Shown piece after piece: positions 1-8,573 of a stretch of 32,000 nucleotides of DNA. Made by a program: the position numbers and the translations under genes. How positions within the stretch are numbered: position 1 is the first letter of the stretch; every line of letters begins with the position of its first letter. The notes beneath the pieces were generated by a model that was given only the letters and a program-made list of their open reading frames with translations, did not search any database and was not told the DNA's origin. The stretch is from Edaphobacter aggregans (GTDB lineage Bacteria > Acidobacteriota > Terriglobia > Terriglobales > Acidobacteriaceae), in contig NZ_RSDW01000001.1 of assembly GCF_003945235.1 (NCBI RefSeq), positions 4,170,001-4,202,000 on the forward strand, given 5' to 3'.

Positions 1-236
1 ACATCATCGAGAAGATGCTGGAAGGCAAGATGGGCAAGTTCTATGAGGAGGTTTGCCTGCTCGATCAGCCGTTTATCAAGGAGCAGACACAGACCATTGC
101 GCAGATCATTGCGACCAAGGTTGCCAAGCTCGGCGAGAACATCAGCGTGCGTCGCTTCGCGAGATTCAAAGTCGGTGATCCGAATTGGACTGTAGCGCAG
201 ACCGCCCAGATTTCTACGGAGGAAGCATCGGCATAG
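1..236 (+). CDS. tsf: Elongation factor Ts, C-terminal fragment (5' end lies outside the window)
   Basis: The frame is open from the window edge to TAG at 234-236. The translation ..IIEKMLEGKMGKFYEEVCLLDQPFIKEQTQTIAQII..RFARFKVGD matches the conserved EF-Ts C-terminus. pyrH follows nearby, as in the conserved tsf-pyrH neighbourhood. Confidence 0.85.
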   Translation, partial: IIEKMLEGKMGKFYEEVCLLDQPFIKEQTQTIAQIIATKVAKLGENISVRRFARFKVGDPNWTVAQTAQISTEEASA

Positions 237-263
237 GCCAGCTTTCGACTCCGCTAGACAATC

Positions 264-296
264 GAGCCCGGGCGACAGCCCGGGCTCTTCTTTTTG
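264..296 (+). terminator. Rho-independent terminator after tsf
   Basis: Perfect 9-bp GC-rich stem gagcccggg (264-272) / cccgggctc (279-287) with a 6-nt loop, followed by ttcttttt. Confidence 0.7.
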
Positions 297-403
297 CTCC
301 TGACTAGGATTGAATTGAAGGTAGGCCTGATAATATCCGCGTTTCCTATATCGTCCACTACGGAGGCAATACATCTATTTTTTAGCAGCCTTTCTAGGTA
401 TTT

Positions 404-1525
404 CTAAGCCATGACGCCCGTGGCCTCAGTTTTGAGGCTGCGTGCCCGTTCTTTCTCCAATATCCAACGCCTTGCAGGATTTTCAAGCCAGTAAATGCTG
501 GCCACGCTGAGCCCTATAGTCACAACTACATAGATCAGGAAGGCTGGCATACCGTATCGTTCAATCGGGCGCCGCATGATCGTATTCAACGGCGCATGGA
601 TTAGATAGAGTGCAAAACTGGCTTCGCCCAGCACGACCAACCAGCTTGCCGAAAACAAGGTGGAAATGACAACGTTGCCGCTGGCAAACGCAAGCAGAAT
701 CAGTGCAAATAGCGGTACCTGAACGCCATGCTGCATCAGCATCTCAGGGACTGAAAGATCGAAGACGGGAACCGCGAAGAATGCCGCAAGACTACCCAAC
801 AGAAGCCACGGAGCACAGCGTTGCAATGTCTGTGACCTGGCCGAATCCGCGCTGATCCACACGAAGAGTTTGGCGAGACAAATCCCCAGAACAAAGGCAT
901 AGAGATGTTCCAGTGGGCTGCACGCTTGCTGCTGCCGTCCCATCGTTGTATGCGAGATGATCCAAACTAGCAGGGTTCCGCCGGCGTAGACGCAAACCGC
1001 GAATGGCAAGAGTACTCGTTCGCGCATTCGCCAAACAATTCCGCCGATGAAAGGAAAGAGTAGATAAAAAAACGCCTCCACTGAAAGCGACCACCCAGGC
1101 TGGTTGAATCCCTGAAGGCTGGCAAACCAGGCCTGCGCCAGACCGCCTGCGGCAAGAATCACAGCGATGGAATGTCCCCAGTTCTGGTGGGTAATGTATC
1201 TCTGGGTATAAAGAAAGTGGGGAAGATCCAGTGACATTGCGACCAGATAGAGTGGGTAAATGCGAGCGAACCGTGCAAGATAAAATTTTCGTTTGTCTAC
1301 CGATGCAGAGTTGTTGAGATAGACGATTGCTAGGATGAAACCCGACAGCAGAAAAAAGAATGGGACACAGACATATCCCACCCCGATGATGCGAGCAAGT
1401 ACCCCATAATCGCGGCGGTGCGAGGGAATTCCCGGAATTGCATGAAATAACAGCACATACAACGCGACGAAAAATCGTACGGAAGTAAGTGGAAGGATTT
1501 TGGACTTGGCCTGCGTGTTCGCCAT
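404..1525 (-). CDS. Acyltransferase family 3 (OafA/YrhL-like) integral membrane O-acyltransferase
   Basis: 373-aa polytopic membrane ORF. The N-terminal LTSVRFFVALYVLLFHA, FFLLSGFIL and RFARIYPLYL motifs are typical of the acyltransferase_3 family. Confidence 0.8.
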   Translation of the reverse strand: MANTQAKSKILPLTSVRFFVALYVLLFHAIPGIPSHRRDYGVLARIIGVGYVCVPFFFLLSGFILAIVYLNNSASVDKRKFYLARFARIYPLYLVAMSLDLPHFLYTQRYITHQNWGHSIAVILAAGGLAQAWFASLQGFNQPGWSLSVEAFFYLLFPFIGGIVWRMRERVLLPFAVCVYAGGTLLVWIISHTTMGRQQQACSPLEHLYAFVLGICLAKLFVWISADSARSQTLQRCAPWLLLGSLAAFFAVPVFDLSVPEMLMQHGVQVPLFALILLAFASGNVVISTLFSASWLVVLGEASFALYLIHAPLNTIMRRPIERYGMPAFLIYVVVTIGLSVASIYWLENPARRWILEKERARSLKTEATGVMA

Positions 1526-1682
1526 AAGGACCCTGCGGACTATCTTACATGCCGCTCGGAACGACCCAATCCCACGAAAGCCCCACGCCTAGGGCCTGAT
1601 TCTTCAGCCTTTCCGCGGCTAGTTCGTCTCCGTTGCTAGTAGGCGCGACAAGCGGTTGCCCCATGCGATACTTAGACCTGAC

Positions 1683-2387
1683 ATGTACAAAAGAGTCCTC
1701 CTCAAAATCTCCGGAGAAGCCCTGGCTGCAGGCCGCGGCTTCGGCATTGACGCAGTGTTCATCCACAAAGTTGCTGAGGAGATTGCGGATGCGCACGCTC
1801 TAGGCTGCCAGATTGGCATTGTGGTTGGTGGCGGCAATTTTTTTCGCGGTGTGGCGCAACAGGCCATCGATATGGATCGTGTCGCTGCTGATCATATGGG
1901 CATGTTGTCGACTGTGATTAATGCGATTGCTTTGCAAGACGCTATCGAAAAGCGGGGAATTATGTGCCGCGTGATGTCCGCGATTGAGATGCATCAGGTG
2001 GCTGAGCCCTACATTCGCCGCCGCGCGATGCGGCATCTGGAGAAGGGGCGGATTGTGATTTTTGCGGCGGGAACGGGTAATCCGTTCTTCTCGACCGATA
2101 CGGCGGCTAGTCTGCGGGCCATGGAGATCAAGGCGGATATTCTGCTGAAGGCGACCTCGGTTGACGGCATCTATAGTGCTGATCCTAAAAAGGATCCGGA
2201 CGCTACTCGTTTTGAGCAGGTGACCTACAACGATATTATGCGGCTGGGGCTTGGGGTGATGGATACGACGGCTGTTTCGTTGTGCAAGGACAACAACATG
2301 CCCATGATGGTCTTCAGCATGCGGGAACAGGGCAATATCGTGCGGGTCATTAGCGGGGAAAAGCTGGGTTCGCTCGTTACGGCCTGA
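1683..2387 (+). CDS. pyrH: UMP kinase
   Basis: [13 protein letters not shown]..., [12 protein letters not shown] and [15 protein letters not shown] are canonical PyrH motifs. The ATG at 1683 is preferred. An upstream in-frame TTG at 1656 (the ORF-track start) is an alternative. Confidence 0.93.
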   Translation: MYKRVLLKISGEALAAGRGFGIDAVFIHKVAEEIADAHALGCQIGIVVGGGNFFRGVAQQAIDMDRVAADHMGMLSTVINAIALQDAIEKRGIMCRVMSAIEMHQVAEPYIRRRAMRHLEKGRIVIFAAGTGNPFFSTDTAASLRAMEIKADILLKATSVDGIYSADPKKDPDATRFEQVTYNDIMRLGLGVMDTTAVSLCKDNNMPMMVFSMREQGNIVRVISGEKLGSLVTA

Positions 2388-2739
2388 GCGATTTGGCAGT
2401 TTTTTTGTGGCAGATTTTTTGGCGCTGGTGGAGGGGTGTTTTTGCAGGGTTTTTTGCGAAAACGGGTGCTGTTTGTGGTGGTTTTGTGGTCAGTTCGTGG
2501 AGAAAAGTGTGGCAAAGCTGGTTCGTGGATGACTACTTCCAACGGCTTGTAAACAGATAGAATAAGGGTATACCCCTCTTCGCTCGGAACTGAACCGGGT
2601 CTGATTGATCAGGGTTGATTGTGGGGGCGCACATCAAATCTCCCGAAGATGCGTTAGATAGATTGTGGCACTTTTGCATCCAATCTATAGGTCATTTTCG
2701 CGCCGTAGATAGCAGCCCCAGGAACGGATACTCCCCATT

Positions 2740-3888
2740 TTGGCTACCACGACGACACCTGCAATTCCGACGACGACAACCGCCATCAAGCCTGCGCGCA
2801 AGCCACCGTTGCCTGCGCTGACCGGCATTCGGACATTGCTTGCCTTCAATATCGTTCTGTTTCACTTCACGCCTCCGCATCTCGGTCTGCTGCGGCCGTT
2901 CGTTGAGAATGGTTTTGTCTTCGTCAACGTCTTCTTTCTGATCTCCGGGTACATCCTTGCGTATAACTATGCCGACCGCGGGGCGTCTCTGGTGAAACGG
3001 CAGTTCTGGCTGGCCCGGTTCTCGCGCCTCTACCCGGTCTACCTGCTTGCGCTGCTGATCTCTTTCGAGATGCTTCAATTGGAGTGGGGAGCGCGCTCGC
3101 AGCTGGAGTTCTGGAAGGGATTTATCATGACTCCCCTTTTGCTGCAGGGGTTGAGTCCAAGTCTGGCTACCTTCTGGAACACCGTCGCATGGACGCTCTC
3201 CTCCGAGGTGGCCTTCTACGCAGCATTCCCATGGCTGATTCTGCTGCCTTGGCCGCGAAAGCCCTCCCGGTTGATTCTTCTGCTTCTCGGTCTCTGGGTG
3301 ATCGACATCCTGCCGGCGTCGCTATATCTCATCTTCAACCCCGATCATCTGACCGAGCCAGTCACTCGCTACACCTCGACGACGCTGATCCGGTTTTTGA
3401 AGTACACGCCGATACCTTATGCCGCGACCTTTATGGCAGGCATTACGCTTTCCCGGCTTCAGCTCTCCGTTACCATCACCGAGCGACAGCGTCTGGCCAT
3501 TGCAGCGGCTGCGCTCACGGCTCTCGGACTCTTCTTCTATATCGCGGCTCCTCATCTGCCCTATCTGATCAAACACGGTGGCATTTTGCTGCCTCTCTTC
3601 ATTTGCCTTGTGTTTGGGCTTAGCGGCAGGCACGCAATCGCCTCGGTCTTTGCCTGGAGGCCGCTGCTGCTGATCGGCGAGAGCAGCTATTGCCTTTACC
3701 TGCTGCACTTCAACGGCTTTCTCCTGATCCACAACCACCATTTGACGGAGCGGCTGCACGTCGCCGCACTGGATCCGTGGATCTCCTATGCCGCATTGAT
3801 CGTGTTTTCGGTTCTCGTCTATAAATTTGTCGAGAATCCCTCCCGGAAGGCGATACTAAGCAGGTTCTCTCGGAAGGTCGCAGCCTAA
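2740..3888 (+). CDS. Acyltransferase family 3 integral membrane protein (paralog of 404-1525)
   Basis: 382-aa polytopic ORF with LTGIRTLLAFNIVLFHF, FFLISGYIL and RFSRLYPVYL. These align with the motifs of the 404-1525 product. The TTG start at 2740 is the only plausible start upstream of the conserved N-terminal motif. Confidence 0.8.
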   Translation: MATTTTPAIPTTTTAIKPARKPPLPALTGIRTLLAFNIVLFHFTPPHLGLLRPFVENGFVFVNVFFLISGYILAYNYADRGASLVKRQFWLARFSRLYPVYLLALLISFEMLQLEWGARSQLEFWKGFIMTPLLLQGLSPSLATFWNTVAWTLSSEVAFYAAFPWLILLPWPRKPSRLILLLLGLWVIDILPASLYLIFNPDHLTEPVTRYTSTTLIRFLKYTPIPYAATFMAGITLSRLQLSVTITERQRLAIAAAALTALGLFFYIAAPHLPYLIKHGGILLPLFICLVFGLSGRHAIASVFAWRPLLLIGESSYCLYLLHFNGFLLIHNHHLTERLHVAALDPWISYAALIVFSVLVYKFVENPSRKAILSRFSRKVAA

Positions 3889-3894
3889 AAGCTG

Positions 3895-4422
3895 GTGTAC
3901 CGTGTAAGGATGATCTCCTCCCCAGAGACACTTGAAGCGACATCCGTTGAAATATTCCGCCAAAGCGCCGAGAGTTTTTGCACTCTTGTCGAAGATCCTC
4001 GTTTAGAGCCGAAACAGGGGGCGCTGGAGGCGCTGCTTGTTACGCTGTCCGAGGTCTATTATCTTGGGCTGCTGCTGCCACAGATCGAGCCCTCGACCAA
4101 CGACTGGCCCCTGGATGACATCGCTGCCCGCGAGGCCGAGGTGCGCTCCACACTGAGTGCCCTGATGGGAATAGAGGACATCTACTGGAAGCCCTTCGAT
4201 CCGCAGAGCAACCCGGCAGAGGAGCCGGTGACTGGAATGCTCTCCGCCGACCTCTCGGAGATATGGGGCGACCTGAAGAGTGGCTTGCTGACGCTGGAGC
4301 GGTATGGCGAAGCTGCGCTGGGCGACGTTCAATGGGACTGGCGCTTCTCGCTTAAGTCGCACTGGGGCAGCCATGCCGTCAATGCTTTGGCGACGCTGCA
4401 CTCGCTGGTGCAGTACACCTGA
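3895..4422 (+). CDS. Hypothetical cytoplasmic protein (possibly DUF5063-like; unverified)
   Basis: 175-aa ORF with coding-like GC3 and an acidic, helical-looking sequence ending ...WDWRFSLKSHWGSHAVNALATLHSLV. GTG at 3895 or ATG at 3910 is a possible start. A hairpin terminator follows. Confidence 0.6.
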   Translation: MYRVRMISSPETLEATSVEIFRQSAESFCTLVEDPRLEPKQGALEALLVTLSEVYYLGLLLPQIEPSTNDWPLDDIAAREAEVRSTLSALMGIEDIYWKPFDPQSNPAEEPVTGMLSADLSEIWGDLKSGLLTLERYGEAALGDVQWDWRFSLKSHWGSHAVNALATLHSLVQYT

Positions 4423-4443
4423 TACAAGAGTGCCGAGCAACAA

Positions 4444-4467
4444 AAAGCCCCGCGATTGCGGGGCTTT
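4444..4467. terminator. Bidirectional hairpin terminator between convergent genes
   Basis: 10-bp stem aaagccccgc / gcggggcttt with loop gatt. It is flanked by an A-run upstream and tttctg downstream, so either transcript reads stem plus U-run. Confidence 0.7.
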
Positions 4468-4488
4468 CTGCTGCAACAGGGAAGAGAA

Positions 4489-5706
4489 TTAGGGTTGGAC
4501 GATCTGGGTGGCGTGATTGCCGTTTGCCACGGCGACTACGCTGGTTGGCAGACCGGGGGCTGGGAACGGAGAGTTCTGCACAGCCGCGAGCGTGCCGTTG
4601 TGCGCATCCAGCTTCAGGCCCGAAACCGTTCCGTCCAGATTGTTGGCCGTGTAGAGATAGATGCCCAGTGCCGGTTCGATCGCAAGGGAGATAGGAGTTG
4701 TGCCTACCGTGACCGAACCCGACCCGACCGCACCCGAGGGCGCGCCCGTCGCGGTGTTGATCGCAAAGGCGCCAATCGTGTCGGCGTTGAAGTTGGACGT
4801 GTAGAGATACAGGCCGCGCGGATCTACGATGACGTCCACAGGGAACAGGCCAGTCGTAAAGGGCGAGTTGACCATGGGGACCAGAACGCCGCTGCCTTGA
4901 ACGACATAACCGATGAGCTGGTTCGTGGCCCTGTCGGTGACGTAGACGAAGTGGCCTCTGGGCTCCATGCTGATCGCGCTGGGGATTACGCCGGCAGGGA
5001 AGCCAGTGGCGACAGTAGGACCGTTGGGAACTGCCGGCCCGATTGTCGTGCCGGGAACCGGTGTGAGCGCGCCGGAGTTGGGATCGCGGGAGAATCCGAG
5101 GACGGCTGCGTTCGGCGAAGCTTCCTGGTCGACCACGTAGACAAGGTTGTTGAAGTTGTTGGTGGTCACGCCAACGGGGTTGTTGCCGAGTTTCTGGTCC
5201 GTCGCGGTCCCGAGGGAGTTGTCCGCGTTGATCGGGAAAATGCTCATTCCGCCGGGGCCGGGCTTGGTGGATGAGTAACCGGTCTGGTAGGTGTAGGTCA
5301 CGTACAGGAATCTACCGGTCTGATCGACTATGGCCGAGGTGGGGAAGGTACCCGTGATCTTGTAGGTATTTTTCGAGCTGAGGCTGCCGTCGCTCATGTT
5401 GACGGCGAACTCCTGCACGGTCGAGTCATCGTGGTTGAGCACGTAGATAAATTGACCGTTCGGCGCAGCCACCACATAAATGGGATTGTTGCCTGCCTGC
5501 ACGGGTGAACCGTTGACGGCTACCAGAGCGCCCGAAGAGTAGTCGGCAGCATACTCGGCCACTCCACCCCCCTGACCATTCTTGGGGGCCATCGTCACGT
5601 AGACGTACGCCACCGTAAAGTCACGGGTGCAGGCCGTGAGGCCAAAACCCATCGCCAGAGACATTGTTGCGGCCATTGTTGCCCGGCCCAGCTTCCTCAA
5701 ACTCAT
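4489..5706 (-). CDS. Lipoprotein, lactonase-type (YncE/7-bladed) beta-propeller family, paralog 1
   Basis: 405 aa. Signal peptide with lipobox (MGFGLTAC). Recurrent propeller-blade motifs are present (P..v...p.g.f.YV.n.....i..f), e.g. GHFVYVTDRATNQLIGY and GIYLYTANNLDGTVSG. Confidence 0.75.
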   Translation of the reverse strand: MSLRKLGRATMAATMSLAMGFGLTACTRDFTVAYVYVTMAPKNGQGGGVAEYAADYSSGALVAVNGSPVQAGNNPIYVVAAPNGQFIYVLNHDDSTVQEFAVNMSDGSLSSKNTYKITGTFPTSAIVDQTGRFLYVTYTYQTGYSSTKPGPGGMSIFPINADNSLGTATDQKLGNNPVGVTTNNFNNLVYVVDQEASPNAAVLGFSRDPNSGALTPVPGTTIGPAVPNGPTVATGFPAGVIPSAISMEPRGHFVYVTDRATNQLIGYVVQGSGVLVPMVNSPFTTGLFPVDVIVDPRGLYLYTSNFNADTIGAFAINTATGAPSGAVGSGSVTVGTTPISLAIEPALGIYLYTANNLDGTVSGLKLDAHNGTLAAVQNSPFPAPGLPTSVVAVANGNHATQIVQP

Positions 5707-5771
5707 GTGCTTCCTTCATCCCGGGAGCCTAAAGGCTACCCGCTCATATTCTCTCAGACCATCCAGCATTA

Positions 5772-6998
5772 TTACTGAATAGTCGGCACGGCTATCAGGC
5801 AGGTCGGCAAAGCAGCAGCGGTAAAAGGGGACTCGAAGATCTGCCTCAGGCTGCCGTCCTGCGGTAACATTTGTTGGCCTGTAATCGAATTGCTCAGCGC
5901 ATTCGACGCATACAGGTAGATCGCATGGCTCGGATCGCTGTTGGTCGGAGATCCTACTGTCGTCACGCAGGTTGGCCCGGTGCCAGCTTGCGTGCTTGCG
6001 GCTACCGTCGACAGAATCGCCGCTCCATTCGAACCGAAGGTGTAACCGCCGATTGTTCCACCAGTGTAGTTCACTACGTAAAGAAATTTGCCGGTGATGT
6101 CGATCGTTATCCCTACGGGGTCAGCATCGGTCGGCACGGTGCCGTTGGATAACAGGCTGGGGACACCGTTGGGTGCGATCAAGTAGCTATATAGCTGGTT
6201 GGTCGCTTGATCGGTTACGTAGAGGTGAGTGGAGGATGGATCTTCGATGATTGCGCTGGGCGTGACGCCCGAGGGGAAGCCGATCGAGGGCACATTGCCT
6301 GGGTTGATCGTCACGCCCGGCAACGGAGTCAGCGCGCCGGTGCTGGGATCGGCAGAAAATCCGTAGAGGTTCGTTTGGTTTGCGCTGTCCTGCGAGATGA
6401 AGTAGACGAAGTGGTTCGCGCTGGTTGCGACGACACCGACCGGGCTACGACCGAGATTCGTCGTTGTAGGCGTGCCGAGGGAGCCGTCGGCGGCGGTGAT
6501 GGGAAAGATCGTGACGCCGCCAGGGCCCGGGTTGGCCGGAGTGTAGAGTTGATCGCCGTTGGGGGCTTTTTGATAGGTGAACGGGACGTAAAGGAACTTT
6601 CCAGAGGGGTCGATCGAGGCTGCCAGAGGGAAGCTGCCGGTCACATTGTAGGTGTGCTGGGCGTAGAGCTTGCCGTCGGTTCCGATGGCGAAGAGGACGA
6701 CGGTCGAGTCATCGCGGTGCACCACGTAAATGAATCGGTGGTCAGGAGATGCAACGAGCGCTACAGGGTTTCTGCCGCCCGAGGGGACCGGGGAGTCCGC
6801 CAACTGCACGAGATGGCCGGCCTGGAAGTCGATCTTATAGCCGCTGATGACGCCAGGGTTGTTCTTCGCAGTCGTCGCGTAGAGGAACGCTACTGTGTGG
6901 TTGTTGCCGCACGCCGTCAGGCCAAGCCCCATCGCCGCAGACAAGACCGAGGCTATTGTGGCTTTTGCCGCACGGCGGCCCATCGTATTCAACGTCAT
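5772..6998 (-). CDS. Lipoprotein, lactonase-type beta-propeller family, paralog 2
   Basis: 408 aa. Lipobox MGLGLTAC. Collinear with paralog 1 (HRFIYVVHRDDSTVVLFAI, THLYVTDQATNQLYSY, AIYLYASNALSNSITG). Confidence 0.75.
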   Translation of the reverse strand: MTLNTMGRRAAKATIASVLSAAMGLGLTACGNNHTVAFLYATTAKNNPGVISGYKIDFQAGHLVQLADSPVPSGGRNPVALVASPDHRFIYVVHRDDSTVVLFAIGTDGKLYAQHTYNVTGSFPLAASIDPSGKFLYVPFTYQKAPNGDQLYTPANPGPGGVTIFPITAADGSLGTPTTTNLGRSPVGVVATSANHFVYFISQDSANQTNLYGFSADPSTGALTPLPGVTINPGNVPSIGFPSGVTPSAIIEDPSSTHLYVTDQATNQLYSYLIAPNGVPSLLSNGTVPTDADPVGITIDITGKFLYVVNYTGGTIGGYTFGSNGAAILSTVAASTQAGTGPTCVTTVGSPTNSDPSHAIYLYASNALSNSITGQQMLPQDGSLRQIFESPFTAAALPTCLIAVPTIQ

Positions 6999-7017
6999 GC
7001 GCTTCCCTTACTCCGAT

Positions 7018-7063
7018 GCAAAATCGTTCCCGTTGGCGACCGCTGTTCGTGTTGCCAACGGGG
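7018..7063 (-). terminator. Candidate terminator downstream of paralog 3 (minus strand)
   Basis: 9-bp stem cccgttggc (7029-7037) / gccaacggg (7054-7062) with a 16-nt loop. On the minus-strand transcript it is followed by AACGAUUUUGC. Confidence 0.45.
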
Positions 7064-7084
7064 CTGTTCCAGTTATGTTTCCGG

Positions 7085-8341
7085 CTAGTTGACGACGCCG
7101 CTAACCGCGAGGCACGTCGCCTGTCCCGTCGCCGGGAACTTCGATCCGCGCTGCAGATCGGAAAGCTGACCCGTGTTCTGGTTGATGATCTTTCCAGTCA
7201 CCGTGCCGTCGATGTTATTGGACGTGTATACGTACTGATTTGTTGGGTCCTGCACCATGCACAGGGGACCCGCTCCAACGGGATATGGATTGTTCGTGTC
7301 GCCGATGGGCAGCGGCTGCAGCTTGCCGGAGGTCGAATCAATCGCGAAGGCGGAAACATTGCTGGTCGCCGTTGCCTGGCTGTTGGTCGTGGAGTTGTTC
7401 ACGACGTACAGGTACCGGCCCTTGCTGTCGACCATCGTATTCACAGGGTTCGAGGCGCCGGTGAGGTTCGGGACCGGACCGCCGGTAAGGGTGTTCAGCG
7501 CGCATCCCGTGCCAGTCGTATAGGGCAGAATCTGGCCAGGGGTGTTTGCCGCGCCCGCATCCGTCAGATAGACATAGGATCCGTTCGCGTTGACCGAGGT
7601 CAGTCGCGTCGCGCCCGTGGTGATGGTCGAGTTGGTCGTCAGGGTCAGCTGTCCGCCAGTGCCGATCGAGTAGGGGAAGATGGTGTTGTCGCCCGAATTG
7701 AGCGTGTAGAGGCAGTTGTTCGCGGCTACCTTCATCATCGTCGGCTGACTTCCAACGGGGAAGTAGGTCAACTGGGTGCCCTGAGAGTTCTTCACCTGCT
7801 GGTTCGGCACCAACTGGAGGCGTCCAGTGTTGGGGTCGATCGCGAAGACGGTGATGGAACCGTAGGGCGGAAGAATGGTGGGCTGCGTCGGGTCGACCGG
7901 CGGGGCCTGCTGATCGAGCACGTAGAGGAAGCTGCCCGTGCTGTCGACCGATGCCCAGACCGGCGTGGTTCCCTGGCTCGTATAAGAGAGCTGGAAGGTC
8001 AGGACGCCCTCGTTGCCGACGCTGAATGCGGCGATCTGGCCAGCCGTCGCGGGAGTCGTCGAAGTCGCGGGAGTACCCTTGTTAATGACGTAGACGTACC
8101 GTCCACCAGGTTTGACCACGATCGACACTGGGTTGGTGCCGCCCGAACTGAAGGGCGAAGTTGGAATCGCCGTCAGGTTTCCGGTGAAATCGTCGATTTT
8201 GAAACCGGCGATCTGGTTGTACTGCGTGCCCATAACCCAGAGGTAACCGATCGTGCCGCCACCGCACGCCGTCATGCCCAGACCCATCGCCACGGATACT
8301 ACGAAGGCCATTGAAACTCGGCCAATCCTGCTCAACTTCAT
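7085..8341 (-). CDS. Lipoprotein, lactonase-type beta-propeller family, paralog 3
   Basis: 418 aa. Lipobox MGLGMTAC. Same blade pattern (GRYVYVINKG, GSFLYVLDQQ, GSYVYLTDAG, GRYLYVVNNS, NQYVYTSNNIDGTVTG). Confidence 0.75.
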   Translation of the reverse strand: MKLSRIGRVSMAFVVSVAMGLGMTACGGGTIGYLWVMGTQYNQIAGFKIDDFTGNLTAIPTSPFSSGGTNPVSIVVKPGGRYVYVINKGTPATSTTPATAGQIAAFSVGNEGVLTFQLSYTSQGTTPVWASVDSTGSFLYVLDQQAPPVDPTQPTILPPYGSITVFAIDPNTGRLQLVPNQQVKNSQGTQLTYFPVGSQPTMMKVAANNCLYTLNSGDNTIFPYSIGTGGQLTLTTNSTITTGATRLTSVNANGSYVYLTDAGAANTPGQILPYTTGTGCALNTLTGGPVPNLTGASNPVNTMVDSKGRYLYVVNNSTTNSQATATSNVSAFAIDSTSGKLQPLPIGDTNNPYPVGAGPLCMVQDPTNQYVYTSNNIDGTVTGKIINQNTGQLSDLQRGSKFPATGQATCLAVSGVVN

Positions 8342-8513
8342 GCGCTTCCTTAACCTCGCCGGTAGTCAATTTCGACCACCTTCCCGCGAGCAACTCTGTA
8401 GGGATACGAATCCTTCGCTAATTGTAGAAGGTGAAGCGACTTTGTGCCACTTTCGGGCCATGGAAAACCTGTCCCAACCAGCAAATCGCCGTTCCACCGC
8501 AGATTTCACTATT

Positions 8514-8551
8514 TGCAAAATGAGAAAGCCCAAGCCGGAGCCTGGGCCTTC
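8514..8551 (-). terminator. Rho-independent terminator of the M13 peptidase gene
   Basis: The minus-strand RNA GAAGGCCCAGG-CUCCGG-CUUGGGCUUUC forms an 11-bp stem including 2 G-U pairs, followed by UCAUUUUG. It lies 23 nt after the stop codon. Confidence 0.6.
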
Positions 8552-8573
8552 CCGACTATATCCGTTTCTTGTT

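Noticed and set aside
2424-2431. Exact match to the E. coli Chi sequence GCTGGTGG inside the G/T-rich tract
   Set aside because: Chi octamers are lineage-specific, and a single 8-mer in 32 kb is compatible with chance, especially inside a GTGG-rich tract. There is no basis to call it functional here.
2666-2679. TGGCACttTTGCAT resembling a sigma-54 promoter upstream of the second acyltransferase gene
   Set aside because: Only 7 nt separate GG from GC instead of the required 10, so the -24/-12 geometry is wrong.
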